Positions 42,130 through 55,316 are shown, numbered from the stretch's first letter. The stretch is 64,000 nucleotides of DNA from an uncultured Rivularia sp. (GCA_963665115.1 OY762007.1:5504001-5568000); one strand, 5' to 3'. Numbers and translations are program-made. Notes: generated by a model from the letters alone, not told the origin.

Positions 42130-42825
42130 CTAAAAACTAAATGTTAAATAAATACCTGTTTCTAGATTATTACTGTTGTACAGCGTCACGTTAACTATTC
42201 GGTCTACAAAATCTGTTATACCAGGATTGTAGCTTAATAGTAATCCTTTATCTATCTTCCAAAAACGTAATGTGGATTCCCAATTGTTAAATTTATCTTG
42301 AAAAAATTCTTCACTTAAGCTAGTAAGTTGAACGCAAAGAGGTGTATCGTATTTACTACTTACGATTATGTCTGTAGCCATTGAAAAGTCGGCGATATAT
42401 CTTTTTACGACAGTACCTCCACGGCGTTGAATACTATCGACAACGGATGCAATTAAATCGGCATCTTCTCCGGAAAATTCGCCAGACATTAATTTTTGTC
42501 TCCAAATATAAAATTTAGAGTCATTTTCGCTCAACCATTTAGGAAACAAGTAGCTGTACCAGAATTTCAAACTAGGTTTAAGGGCATCAAAAGCTATTTG
42601 TTGTTCTTCATAGCTTGGTAAAGATTTAATCTGAAGCCAAACTTCAGCGTCTCTAATTACTTGTTCTAAAAATAAGATGACAAATTTTTTTGCGGTTAAT
42701 GAACCAGGTTTTAAGTCTTTTACCCAACGGTTTATTTCATCTAATCTTCTTGCTAAATTTGGGTCTACTGTAGATGCTTCCCTTATAAGATATTTTAGCC
42801 TATTTTTAATATCTTTCGCTTGCAA
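42130..42825 (-). CDS. Hypothetical protein, possible PD-(D/E)xK-like fold in the C-half
   Basis: 231 aa, TTG start with GAGGG upstream; ADFSMATDIIVSS...PLCVQLT motif. Confidence 0.65.
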   Translation of the reverse strand: MQAKDIKNRLKYLIREASTVDPNLARRLDEINRWVKDLKPGSLTAKKFVILFLEQVIRDAEVWLQIKSLPSYEEQQIAFDALKPSLKFWYSYLFPKWLSENDSKFYIWRQKLMSGEFSGEDADLIASVVDSIQRRGGTVVKRYIADFSMATDIIVSSKYDTPLCVQLTSLSEEFFQDKFNNWESTLRFWKIDKGLLLSYNPGITDFVDRIVNVTLYNSNNLETGIYLTFSF

Positions 42826-42909
42826 AAAATGATATCCCTCGCATCCTAACGGCTCTATTTAGATCGCCAACCGATTTTTGATTCCACAGTATATATATAA
42901 ATTAAAAAG

Positions 42910-42937
42910 GGTGCGTTAGGCAACAGCATAACGCACC
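42910..42937. repeat. Palindromic hairpin (REP-like/terminator) after lysS
   Basis: GGTGCGTTA-10 nt-TAACGCACC. Confidence 0.7.
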
Positions 42938-42951
42938 TAAAAGTGTAATTG

Positions 42952-44479
<1,528 letters not shown>

Positions 44480-44589
44480 GGTTTACGAACTTACGAACAG
44501 CAAGATTTAATTATAGTTCTCAGCAGAATTGTACATTCATTTGTTGAATTCATAACTCCAGCAAAGACTTCGACTAGAGCATTATCCCC

Positions 44590-44760
44590 CGTTCCCAGAC
44601 TCCGGCTCTCTCTCGTTCCCAGACTCCGGCTGGGAATGCCTCTAAGAAGGCTCTGCCTTCTTTGGCTTCTTATCTTTTGAAAAAATAATAATTGTATGAA
44701 GTTTGTATCTTAACTCTCATTCCCAGACTCTAGCTGGGAATCTTAATAAGAAAACTCTGC
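44590..44760. repeat. REP palindrome cluster (family C) upstream of RAYT
   Basis: CGTTCCCAGACTCCGGCT (44590), CTCGTTCCCAGACTCCGGCTGGGAATG (44612), AGAAGGC-TCT-GCCTTCT, and CTCATTCCCAGACTCTAGCTGGGAAT (44716). Confidence 0.85.
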
Positions 44761-44787
44761 CATAAGTATCGTAATTGAAATCGCTAT

Positions 44788-45258
44788 ATGGCACGTTCGC
44801 GCTATAAATTTTTAGAAAAGCAGCCTCACTTCCTAACCTGTACGGTTGTGAATTGGCTACCGATATTTTCCCAACCGGAATTAGCACAGATAATTATATC
44901 ATCATTAGATTTCCTGCAAAATCATCAGCGTTTAAGCTTGCATGGCTACGTAATTATGGAAAACCATCTTCACCTAATCGCTTCAGCGGAAAATTTGTCC
45001 AAAGAAATTGCAGCTTTCAAATCATTTACTGCTCGTTCGATAATTGATTATTTAGAAGAAATGATATTTCCTTTGGTGCGTAAACCTGCTTCTACAGAAA
45101 TAATCTTAAATTTAGAAAAATTAAGCCAAGAAAATGAAGAAAGCTCAGATAGAAATAACTCAGATAGGGAAAGAGTGGCGAAAGAATCAGTTTCTACAGA
45201 CGATGGAAAGGATGAAGCGATTGAAGGAAATGTCTTACCCTTTGATAAAAGGCAGTGA
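44788..45258 (+). pseudogene. Truncated REP-associated tyrosine transposase (RAYT/Y1 HUH) fused to unrelated sequence
   Basis: PHFLTCTVVNWLPIF...YVIMENHLHLI (HUH)...FKSFTAR. Similarity ends near IDYLEE; no catalytic YI..NP motif follows. Confidence 0.85.
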
Positions 45259-45347
45259 AATTAAAAAGAATTCTGCTGTTTCTACAAAAACTATATTTAA
45301 GATTTTGCAAAAGTAGATAGGTAATCATGGTGTAGAAAAGTGCTTAA

Positions 45348-45428
45348 AAACCCGGTTTCTTAAAGAAACCGGGTTTCTGAATTCTTCAACTCTAACTGTA
45401 CAGACGTAGCACTGCGCCCCGTCTCTAC
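45348..45428. repeat. Palindrome AAACCCGGTTTCT-taa-AGAAACCGGGTTT plus a family B REP variant
   Basis: Perfect 13-bp stem at 45348-45376; GTACAGACGTAGCACTGCGCCCCGTCTCTAC at 45398-45428. Confidence 0.8.
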
Positions 45429-45443
45429 ATAACTAACCACTAA

Positions 45444-46412
45444 CTATTCTCGTTTAATTTGATTAATTTCTCGCTGTAATTCTTCTATTTGTTGTTGTAA
45501 TTTATCAATTTCTTCGTTTTGACTTTGACTGTCTTTCGGTTTGACTTCAACTGCACTCTTGTCAGCTTCTTTCTGATAATTTCCTTGTTTAATTTCTCCA
45601 TATTCTTGAGATACAGCCCATTTTCTTAGAAAAGATACTCTTTCGACTGCAAAGGGATGACTGAGCATTACCCCTTGAGCGCCGTTATACATTAAAAATT
45701 TATACACTTGATTGAGTCCATCTTCGTCAAGTGCTTGATAATTTTCCGACTGACGAATAAATTCTTGTAAACTACATTCATTAGCATATTTATTGCTACC
45801 GCCGGAAATTTTCATCATCGAAGACATAACTGTTGTCAAGTCATCTGTAACCAATAATGCGGCTCTATCTGCTGTTAACTCGGCTTTGCGTCGCCATTCA
45901 AAAAAAGCATAAATCAAACCGCTGCTAACTATGTTACCAATCCCAAAAGTTAGTTCCCCGACAATAGAGGCAGCATTCATCGCCCACATCGCCATTTGAA
46001 TTAAAATAGTATGACCACACTTAATATGTCCTAGCTCGTGGGCTAACACAGACCTAATTTCGGCTTCGTTGAGTAAATCCAAAATTCCCGTGTTGATGAC
46101 GATGTAAGGATGCTCCTGTCCCAAAGCATAACTATTTGCCTTCGCGTTTTGCTCGACAAACAGTTTGGGTTCTGGATAAATATCCAAATCTCGCACGCAT
46201 TCCCGAAATATCTGATAAATAGTTGAATATTGTCGCGGCCCAACTTCAATGGTATTACCCATTAAATAAACTAATTGTGGACGTTCGTAGACAAATTCTA
46301 CAAATTTACGGGCAACAAAATCAAACCCTGGTAAACCTCTTAGGGCTTCTTCGGCTTGACGATCTAGGGGATGTCTAAAAGCCTCGCCCGAAATTCCTTT
46401 ATAAGTTGGCAT
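45444..46412 (-). CDS. M48 family zinc metallopeptidase
   Basis: LAHELGH (HExxH), ELTADR, SHP...R; C-terminal coiled coil. Confidence 0.95.
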   Translation of the reverse strand: MPTYKGISGEAFRHPLDRQAEEALRGLPGFDFVARKFVEFVYERPQLVYLMGNTIEVGPRQYSTIYQIFRECVRDLDIYPEPKLFVEQNAKANSYALGQEHPYIVINTGILDLLNEAEIRSVLAHELGHIKCGHTILIQMAMWAMNAASIVGELTFGIGNIVSSGLIYAFFEWRRKAELTADRAALLVTDDLTTVMSSMMKISGGSNKYANECSLQEFIRQSENYQALDEDGLNQVYKFLMYNGAQGVMLSHPFAVERVSFLRKWAVSQEYGEIKQGNYQKEADKSAVEVKPKDSQSQNEEIDKLQQQIEELQREINQIKRE

Positions 46413-46660
46413 AATTGCAGAGTAATTAGCTATTTATTAGCAATTGGATTGGATGGTGTATCTGTGCCGCGCTACGTTACATAATTTGTAATTGTCGATT
46501 AACCTGTATTTAAAAAGTGTTTAATCGTCTGTAGTGTAACAATTCGGTACTAAATGCTGCCGCCCTAAAACTAACAAAATAATATAAATGTAAGTCAGAA
46601 CTGTTTAAAATTCCGGGGTTAAAGAATTAACTTTCATATTTAACTAAAAACTTACTATGT

Positions 46661-48235
46661 ATGGGATTATTGCGCGTGATTGAAGCAGAAGTTCATTTAT
46701 CACTACATAACTTCCTGCGATCGCAGGCAGGTTTTCCTTCTTGGCCGCATCATTTGACGATGGCGCGGTTGGTAGCACGAGCCTTGAGGGTGGGACGTAG
46801 CGCCTTAATTCAAGTGGGAGCGGCTTGTGGTTATCAAGGACAGTATCGTACTAGTTTTGTGGCTTCGGCTTTAATGTGGCATGGGGCTGTAATTATTGTG
46901 GCAAATCAAGCAGTACAGCAACGTTTGTTACAAGTGGAAATTCCCAGACTGCAAAAGTGGTTAAAAGTCAATAAATCCATAATAGTTGCCGATACTTTTC
47001 CGTCTGCTGATTTCGAGGGCATTCTCATGGTGTCTCCCCAAGCTTGGTTAGAAGCGCAGTTGAGTTCTACCTCAAAGTTCCCTCCAAATATTCCTACAAT
47101 TATTGACGGTGTAGATGATTTAGAAGATTGGATACGCAAACAGCTAACTGTTAGTATTGATTCTTATGATTGGGAACAGTTAATGTTGGCTTGCCCTGCG
47201 TTTGCTGAAGAAATTCGCACTTGCCGGGTGCAGTTAACGCATGAAATCTTTCAACATCCCGCGAATCCCTATGAATGTTACTTAATATCGGAACCAGAAG
47301 AAGAAATTTTATGCCGGACTTATTCCAGTCTAGATTTAAATAGCCTTCCCGAATCTTGGAAAAAGTTTTGGCAATTATTTAGAACCAGACATGAAACTTT
47401 TTCCCCTGCCAAATCTTCGACTTCTCCTGCTTTACTTTGGGCTACTGTTAATCGCCGTCAAGGTTTATTTTCTCTACATTGCGCCCCAATTGAATTAGCA
47501 AAAATTCTCTCGCCGATTTGGCAGCGACAACCCGTTGTGTTAATTGGTTCTGCTTTAGAACCAGATACTGAAGCTACATTGTTTCGTCAACGTTTGGGAT
47601 TGGGCGATTTGACTTGCTTAAAGTTTTCTTCGGATAATCAAACTCAAGCCATTCAACTTTACATACCCAATAAACTACCTTTACCTAATACTCCGGAATT
47701 TAAACCCGTTTTTATTCATCAAGTTCGTCAGATGGTATGTTTGAGTGCAACATCACCTGGTTTAACCGTAATTTTAGTAGGAGACGTACCTTTAAAGGCT
47801 CAGCTAGGAGCAATTTTGGCTTCTGAATTTGGTTCGCGAGTACAGGTAGATAAGACTTGTTTGGATGAAAATGGTATTTTAGTCTGCGGCTGGGAATTTT
47901 GGCGCGAAAATCAACGAGTTTTACCATCGCCGCAAATGTTAATTATTTCTACTTTACCCCTACCGTCTTTAGAAGATCCATTGGTTGCTGGTAGAGTTGC
48001 TCATTACAAGCATTCCCATCAAGATTGGTTCCGCTTATATTTATTGCCTACAGCACTAAATGAATTACAGCGAGCTGTAGCCCCAGCCAGGGATTCAAGT
48101 AGCGTAGTGGCTATACTTGATAGTCGAGTAATTTACCGCAGCTACGGCGCTCAAGTTCTAGCAGCCCTAAGCCCTCTTTCACGGATAAATTATTTAGATC
48201 CAAGTTTGTTTTCTACGTCTGAAGAAGAATCTTGA
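46661..48235 (+). CDS. DinG-like helicase C-terminal domain protein (degenerate ATPase motifs)
   Basis: WPHHLTMARLVARAL, LPLPSLEDP, ELQRAVAP and AILDSRV..RSYG (Helicase_C_2-like). Confidence 0.8.
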   Translation: MGLLRVIEAEVHLSLHNFLRSQAGFPSWPHHLTMARLVARALRVGRSALIQVGAACGYQGQYRTSFVASALMWHGAVIIVANQAVQQRLLQVEIPRLQKWLKVNKSIIVADTFPSADFEGILMVSPQAWLEAQLSSTSKFPPNIPTIIDGVDDLEDWIRKQLTVSIDSYDWEQLMLACPAFAEEIRTCRVQLTHEIFQHPANPYECYLISEPEEEILCRTYSSLDLNSLPESWKKFWQLFRTRHETFSPAKSSTSPALLWATVNRRQGLFSLHCAPIELAKILSPIWQRQPVVLIGSALEPDTEATLFRQRLGLGDLTCLKFSSDNQTQAIQLYIPNKLPLPNTPEFKPVFIHQVRQMVCLSATSPGLTVILVGDVPLKAQLGAILASEFGSRVQVDKTCLDENGILVCGWEFWRENQRVLPSPQMLIISTLPLPSLEDPLVAGRVAHYKHSHQDWFRLYLLPTALNELQRAVAPARDSSSVVAILDSRVIYRSYGAQVLAALSPLSRINYLDPSLFSTSEEES

Positions 48236-48412
48236 ATCAATTTTCAATTACCAATTATCAGTAAGAAAAATTGCCCTCTTATAAGGGCTTGTAACAATTA
48301 TTTACTGTTATGAAAGCACAATCGTCTTTTTGCCCTACTCCCTCTTATACCGATTATTAATTGTATGAGCTTACCGCGCCGAGCTACGCTAACATTGATA
48401 ATTGTTAATTGA

Positions 48413-48619
48413 TTAATAAGCTAGGGTTTCTAAAGTTTCCCTCAAATATCGCTGTACTTGCTCATCTAACATTATTTGTCCAAAAGCATCGTCAGATTGC
48501 ATTCGTTCCATCTGCCAACGTTGAAAACCAGAACTAATGGCGATCGCCTGCTTCAAATTATTCCAAATGTCAGTATCGCCTTTTAAGTTGCCATCGCTTT
48601 TGACTGTGAAACTATTCAT
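48413..48619 (-). CDS. Conserved small cyanobacterial hypothetical protein
   Basis: W.NLKQAIA.SSGFQRW...V.RYLRETLETLAY; GAGG RBS upstream. Confidence 0.8.
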   Translation of the reverse strand: MNSFTVKSDGNLKGDTDIWNNLKQAIAISSGFQRWQMERMQSDDAFGQIMLDEQVQRYLRETLETLAY

Positions 48620-49141
48620 AATGACTTAATCCTCTATTTAACTTTTATTTAGCTTTTTTAATTCGTGCAGAATATATTTTGATTTATTTACGTTTATTTG
48701 CTGATGTTCTGAACTATACTTCAATATATTCGCTATACCGTCTCTTAATGTCAAATAACAAATTTGTTATCTTGATATTTTAAAGTTATGTTTATCTGCA
48801 CTACAGGAAAAGTAGGCAGAAATTAAATTCCGGTTTGATCCCATACTTTTTCAAAGTAGTGCTTCGCTTGCGGACATTTCTGTTGTCCTTGTTACTAAAA
48901 CAAATATTTTTTCCATAAATTTTACGGTCTTTTTCCCTACTCCCTACTCGCTGATAACCAATCTTTTTAAACCACATACCTAATAAAAAATATGTAGAGA
49001 TCGAAACAAAGTCTAAAATCTCTACATATCTTAATTTGGATAAATTTGTACTGGCGTAAGGACTTTTATAGGCTAAGGCAACGGGGGGTAATAAATACCT
49101 ACGTTGCCTAGCTCGACTGTTATGACACCGTTGTCTACTCA

Positions 49142-52100
49142 CTATCTTGCCATTGCAAGAGTGCGACGTTTAGTCACCATTTGATAACCTTCAATCACAT
49201 CACCATCTTCCCAACTATTGAATTTATCAACGCCAATACCACATTCATAACCGGAGTTAACTTCGCGCACGTCTTCTTTCATCCGCTTGAGCGAATCAAG
49301 GGCACCTTCAAATACTGTGTTGTTACCACGACGTACTCTTACTTTACAGTTACGAAGCAGCTTGCCAGATTGAATGTAGCAACCAGCAACAGCGCCGCCG
49401 CCCACTTTGAAGACTGCACGTACTTCTGCTTGTCCTAAATGTTCTTCGACTAATTCTGGCTCCAGCAAACCTTCCAATGCATCTTGGATGTCTTCTAAGA
49501 GTTTGTAGATGATGTTGTATTCTCGTACATCTACACCAGCTTCATCTGCTGCTTGTCTTGCACCACTAGCAAATGTGGTATTAAAGCCGATAATTACGGC
49601 ACCACTGGCTGCTGCAAGGTCAATATCTGTTTGGGTAATCTCTCCCGGAGCAGATAGCAACATCCGAATGTGTATTTCGTTTTGCGGAATTTGTTTGAGC
49701 GAACCCAAAATAGCTTCCACCGAACCCTGTACGTCTGCTTTCAAGATTAAGTTGAGTTCTTTTAACTCGCCTTCTTGTGCTTGTGCTGAAATACTTGTCA
49801 AAGTTACGCGGCCCTCCCTGCATTAAGCGGGATTGACGTATTACCTCGGCTCGTTCGTTGGCAAGTAACCGTGCTTCTTTCTCGTTCGTGAAGACTTCAA
49901 AATCATCTCCTGCAAACGGTACGTCATTTAAGCCCAATACCTCTACAGCAAAAGATGGACTCGCAATGTCTACCCGATCGCCTCTGTCATCAACCATTGC
50001 TCTGACTTTTCCGAAGACGGAACCAGCTACTAAGATATCTCCTACACGTAAGGTACCGTTCTGAATCAACAAGGTTGCAACTGCGCCTTTTGCTTTATCC
50101 AAATGAGCTTCGATGACGGTTCCTTTCGCCGAACGCTCTGGGTTGGCTTGGAGGTCTTCAACTTCCGAAACCAGCACAATCATCTCTAAAAGCGTATCTA
50201 GATTTTCTCCTTTAATGGCGCTGACGGGAACCATAATTGTGTCGCCACCCCATTCTTCTGATGTCAAACCATATTGAATTAGTTCTTGTTTGACTCTATC
50301 TGGCTGTGCGGCTTCTTTGTCAATTTTGTTGATTGCGACAATGATCGGCACTTCCGCAGCTTGAGCGTGCTTAATTGCTTCAATTGTCTGAGGACGAACG
50401 CCGTCATCTGCTGCCACTACCAATATGGCAATGTCAGTTACCCGCGCTCCTCTAGCCCGCATTGCGGTGAATGCTTCGTGGCCGGGAGTATCTAAGAAGA
50501 CAATCTGCTGTTCTTTACCCTCATGTTCTATATCTACGTGGTAAGCGCCGATATGCTGAGTAATACCTCCTGCTTCTCCGGAAGCAACCTTACTTTTACG
50601 AATCGAGTCGAGTAAAGTTGTTTTACCGTGGTCTACGTGACCCATTATGGTTACTACAGGTGGACGAATAAGATTTCCCGTATCTTCCAAGTCGAACATT
50701 TCCGTAACTTTACGGGCTTCTGCTACTGGCTCTGGAGTATCAGTTAATACTTCTAATTCTTCAGCCACCATGAGGACTGTTGAAGTATCAAGACTTTGGG
50801 TAATACTAACCGCAATACCCTTCATGAACAAGATTTTAACAATTTCCGTATCTGGCATTGCCAAAGCGTCTGCCAATTCTTGTACGGTCATTGGACCGCT
50901 AACGGTGATGATCTCAGGCCGCTGACGTTTCGGTTCTGTTTCTGTATTGTTATTGTTGTTGCCGCCGCCACCACCGCGCCGACGATTTTGGTCGCGAGAA
51001 CCGGATTTTTTGATTTTGCTTGGTGCAGCAGGTGTTGGTGCTGCTGTTGGCTTGGAACTTTTCGGTTTGGGAGGACGAACTATAGCATTGCTAACTGCTG
51101 CTTTAATCGTATCGCCTGCTTCGTCATCGTCAAGTAGGTCTACCTCAAAATCGTCTTCAGCAGCCATTGGCTTGAGACGCTTATTCTTCGGAGCCTTAGC
51201 TGCTTTAGCTGCTTCCTTGGCTTCGTCAATAGCCTCTTCTTGCTTGGAGCGCTTTTTCTGACCTCTAGGTAAGCGAGGTGGGGTTGGACGCTTGAGTTCA
51301 ACCACTTCATCAACAACATCATCATCTTGATTCTCATCAACATCAGTTGAATCCCCGCCGCCAGCTGCGGGTTTTGCCGGTCGGGAAGGTGGTCTAAGTG
51401 GTGTTGATACGCTTGGGGGCGCTGATGAATCTTGACGTGCTTGCTTCCTCGGACGACCAACATCTGAAGGGCTTCCACCAGGTGAAGCTTTTTTCGGCTT
51501 TTGCGGTTTTTCTGTTTTCGATACTGGTGGGGCCGTCGTCGGACGCGCCGTTTTCGAGACTGGTGCGTCTGCCGATACGTTTGCTGGTACGTTTGATTGT
51601 TCAACTTGACCCGCAGGCTTACGACCTTGCGGTTTTGATTGAGAGCGATCGCGCTTGAGGACTGGTTTTACGACAGCGCGATTATCTAAACCGGAATTTG
51701 GCTTTGCTGCCGCAGGTCTAGCTGGCGGCGCAGTTAATTCGGGTGCGTTTGGTCTTTCCGGTTTGGATTTTGGAACTAGTTTTTCTTGTTTGCTCAAAGC
51801 TGTTTTATTTGATTCTGAGGAGGGGGTGGATACTGAATCATCCGTATTTACAACGGATTCAGAGTTATTTAGAGAGCGCGAGGGCTGCGAAGGGGAGATG
51901 GGTGCAGTTGGTGCCACTGTTTCTATCGGCGAGACTGAAGAATTATTTGATTGGGAAAGCACACCATCGGTAGATGCACTGTGTTGATTTTCTAAATCAT
52001 TTTGTGGTGGCTTCAAAGTAGAGTCAGCAATATTGGAATTTTTCGATGGCTTTGGTTTGCTACGAATTTCCAATATTTGTGGTTTCCTGGGTGCAGAAAC

Positions 52101-52319
52101 ACCATTGCCAGAACCCTTACTATTTGTACCATGTTTGGACAACCCCAAAGCCGTTATTTTTTCGGCTTGCGAGCGAATACGTTCTGCATCTGATTCTGTA
52201 ATAGTACTACTATGACTTTTTACCGCGATATTGAGCTGATCGCAAATTGCTAATAGCTCTTTATTTTCCAAATTCAATTCCTTTGATAATTCGTAAATTC
52301 TCACTTTGCCGTTGTTCAT
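49142..52319 (-). CDS. infB: Translation initiation factor IF-2; apparent frameshift at ~49812
   Basis: [46 protein letters not shown]. Removing one base restores [14 protein letters not shown]. Confidence 0.97.
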
Positions 52320-52801
52320 CCACTCTTCCCCTATAATTTACAGTTTTAACGGATGGTTGCCAGCTGTTGCGACATCTCCATCCTTTGTTTACTGTGTAAT
52401 GGTTGCCATTTTCAATTTGAAAAGGTTCCTCCGCTCGAAAGGAAAGAGAGATGCGATTGTTAGGAAGCTGGCAACTCCAAGCCTGTCGCCATATTGGTTA
52501 ACGCTTAAATGCGCCAAAAAGGGCTTTAGCAAGTGCCAATATTTAATTTTTTGTTTTGCCGATGTTTTTGTTGGGTTTAACACATGAAAGCCTACAATGA
52601 CTAAGTTTTGCAAGTGCCCCCCTAGCTGAAAAGAGCCATGTGTCAATATTCGTTTATAATGCCAGCCAAAACACAAACCTGACTAAAAGACGATGTTACA
52701 ACCATGTTTAGCCGGATATAGCCGCCCGACTGTAATCGCTTGTTTGCCGAAAGTACCTCCTAATAAGACAGCAGGATAAGTGAAAAAGCTATTGTAGGGT
52801 A

Positions 52802-53053
52802 TTATTCTTGAGATAATCGCTGCCACAATGTGGTGTACAGTGTTTCTGGCACTGATGCACGTAATCCCCGTCCTAACTTATTTTTTTTTTGAGCAAGACT
52901 AAGGCAACTCTCGCTCGGACAAATATAGGCTGAACGCCCCATACCCCGATCTAATTGTACCTTTCCTGAAGGAAAGACGCGGACAATCCGCCAAAACTCA
53001 TCTTTTAAACTGACTTTTCGGCAACTAATACAACGCCTCCAATTTGGTTTCAT
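52802..53053 (-). CDS. ylxR: YlxR family RNA-binding protein
   Basis: RRCISCR, GRSAYIC; position between nusA and infB. Confidence 0.93.
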   Translation of the reverse strand: MKPNWRRCISCRKVSLKDEFWRIVRVFPSGKVQLDRGMGRSAYICPSESCLSLAQKKNKLGRGLRASVPETLYTTLWQRLSQE

Positions 53054-53097
53054 TTTAACTAACTATTTAGTTTCAACTATTAATTCGTAAATTACTA

Positions 53098-54483
53098 CTA
53101 ATAAATTGATTGATTCTCGGACTCAAATTCCTCCTGAATTTCCTCATATGAAGTTTTTGGTAATGCTGAATTAACTTGTTGATTCTGAGAATCTAACTTA
53201 TCGGATTGTAATCTCTCGGCATCAAGTTTTTCTAATTCTTCAAGTTTTTCTAATTCTTCAAGTTCTTCTGATTCGTTAAGTTCTACTGCGTGTTGCGCCC
53301 TTGCTGCGGCAAATTTTGTATCTTCTGCTTCAAAATCGTACTTCGCTTTATCTTTGATATCTATTTTCCAGCCTGTAAGTCTAGCAGCTAAACGAACGTT
53401 TTGCCCTTCTTTACCGATGGCTAAACTTAATTGGTCTTCAGCTACAAGTACGTGAGTTTGTCTGGTTTCTGGGTCCATAAGACGAACATCGTCTACTCGG
53501 GCGGGACTCAAAGCGTTGGCAATATAGGTTGCTGGATCTGGGGACCAGCGAATCACGTCAATTTTTTCACCGCGCAATTCATTTACTACTACTTGAATTC
53601 TAGAACCTCGCGCTCCAATACAGGCACCAACTGGGTCTACATCCCTGTCTAAGGTATCTACAGCTATTTTTGTTCTTGGCCCAACGTAAGAAGATGGAGG
53701 GTTGGCTTCACGAGCAACGGCAACAATTCGTACAACTTCATCTTCGATTTCCGGTACTTCGTTGGCGAACAGGTACACAACTAAACCGGCATCAGCCCTA
53801 GAAACCAGCAATTGTGGTCCTCGTTGTTGACCCCGCGAGACTTTTTTCAGATACACTCGGAAAGTTGCACCAATACGGTAATTGTCGTTAGGCAGCTGTT
53901 CGCGTTTGGGTAATTCCGCTTCTACTTCCGGCTGACCAAAACCGCTATTTACGGCCATAATTACCGATTGTCTTTCAAAGCGTAGCACTCTTGCTTGCAG
54001 TACTGTTGCTTCTAAATCTTGGAACTCTTCCTGAATTAATTGTCGCTGCTGATCCCGTAGTTTCTGCGATAGCACTTGCTTGGTTTGCATCGCTGCCATG
54101 CGACCAAATTCTTTTTTGTCGGGAGTTACATCTACAACTACTTCTTGTCCCACCAGTTGCCCTGCATCATCGCCAAATTCTTCTACTTCTTTAATAACGT
54201 CTTTAAGCGCAATTTGATGGTCGGTATTTGTGACTTCTTCAACTATAGTTTTAGTCGAAACAACGCGAAATCCTTCATCTTCAATATCAAGTTCTACTTC
54301 AAAGTTTTCAAAGTAATCTTCATCAAATTGTTTGCGGTCTAAATTTTGAGCGCGACGATAACGTTCGTAGCCTTTAAGTAGTGCTTCTCTGATTGCCGAT
54401 TGCACTGCCAGACGCGGTAAATTTCGCTCTCGACTTATACTTTCAATTAATTCTTTTAATCCAAGTAATTTAAGCATTGACAT
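53098..54483 (-). CDS. nusA: Transcription termination factor NusA
   Basis: [42 protein letters not shown]. Confidence 0.99.
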   Translation of the reverse strand: MSMLKLLGLKELIESISRERNLPRLAVQSAIREALLKGYERYRRAQNLDRKQFDEDYFENFEVELDIEDEGFRVVSTKTIVEEVTNTDHQIALKDVIKEVEEFGDDAGQLVGQEVVVDVTPDKKEFGRMAAMQTKQVLSQKLRDQQRQLIQEEFQDLEATVLQARVLRFERQSVIMAVNSGFGQPEVEAELPKREQLPNDNYRIGATFRVYLKKVSRGQQRGPQLLVSRADAGLVVYLFANEVPEIEDEVVRIVAVAREANPPSSYVGPRTKIAVDTLDRDVDPVGACIGARGSRIQVVVNELRGEKIDVIRWSPDPATYIANALSPARVDDVRLMDPETRQTHVLVAEDQLSLAIGKEGQNVRLAARLTGWKIDIKDKAKYDFEAEDTKFAAARAQHAVELNESEELEELEKLEELEKLDAERLQSDKLDSQNQQVNSALPKTSYEEIQEEFESENQSIY

Positions 54484-54702
54484 AAGCTATCTCCTTTAAA
54501 AATCGCAACAGATAACATCCTATTTAAAGACGAAAAATAAGCGGTGCGCGAAACCACACGGCTGATTGCTAGAAAGTAACGGTCAATTGTTTATTAATTG
54601 AACAATGAAACGATTACCATTAATACGAAGGCCCTCTTAGCAAAAAACCGCTCTTCTTCACCAAGCGTAAAAAGCAGTCCTAATTAGAATTAGTCTCCCT
54701 AT

Positions 54703-55167
54703 TTAATCGCGTTCTTCGTCTAATAGCACGCTAATAATATTTGAACGCTTAATTTCGATTACACGACCCTTTTTATTCAAGTAAACGCTTTTTTCATCCC
54801 GGCGAACTAGTTTACCATTCAGCTCAGAGTGTCCTTGATGGGGTGAAGAAGTACAAACCTTAATCGGGAATCCTTTAAAACTATTGAATTCCCGATCAGT
54901 CTGCAATTGCTGGGAAATACCGGGACTAGACACTTCCAATACATAGGCATCCGGAATAATTGACGCTGCATCCAAACTTGCTTCTAAATTACGGCTCATG
55001 CGCTCGCAATCATTCAAACTAGTATCCTGAAGAGGATTACGGATGTCTACTCGCAATATTGGTGGACTTTGATTAGTGTGAAAAACCACTTTCACGACCT
55101 CTAGTTCAAGGTCTTCTGCTACTGGTGCTGCTAAGTCAAGGATTTCCGGAACTAAAGGATGAGTCAT
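54703..55167 (-). CDS. rimP: Ribosome maturation factor RimP
   Basis: DCERMSR...LD, YVLEVSSPG; first gene of the nusA operon. Confidence 0.97.
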   Translation of the reverse strand: MTHPLVPEILDLAAPVAEDLELEVVKVVFHTNQSPPILRVDIRNPLQDTSLNDCERMSRNLEASLDAASIIPDAYVLEVSSPGISQQLQTDREFNSFKGFPIKVCTSSPHQGHSELNGKLVRRDEKSVYLNKKGRVIEIKRSNIISVLLDEERD

Positions 55168-55181
55168 GTGGCAATTCCAAC

Positions 55182-55206
55182 AAAAAAAGTGGGCTATAAC
55201 CCACTC
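55182..55206 (-). promoter_or_regulatory. rimP leader terminator/attenuator hairpin
   Basis: Minus strand GAGTGGG-ttatag-CCCACTT-TTTTT, about 15 nt upstream of the rimP start; matches the described rimP-leader architecture. Confidence 0.75.
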
Positions 55207-55316
55207 CCTGCGATAAGTATATCTTCCAAGAAGTCTTACAACGAACCGTAAGAAAGTTCGTCCTTAATCTGAGTTTAGCGCATTTTTTCAAAATGCTTGC
55301 AGCAAAAAATGGACAA

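Noticed and set aside
48801..49142. 113-aa ORF abutting the infB stop
   Set aside because: No recognisable motifs, atypical composition, and it includes STRR-like sequence; probably spurious.
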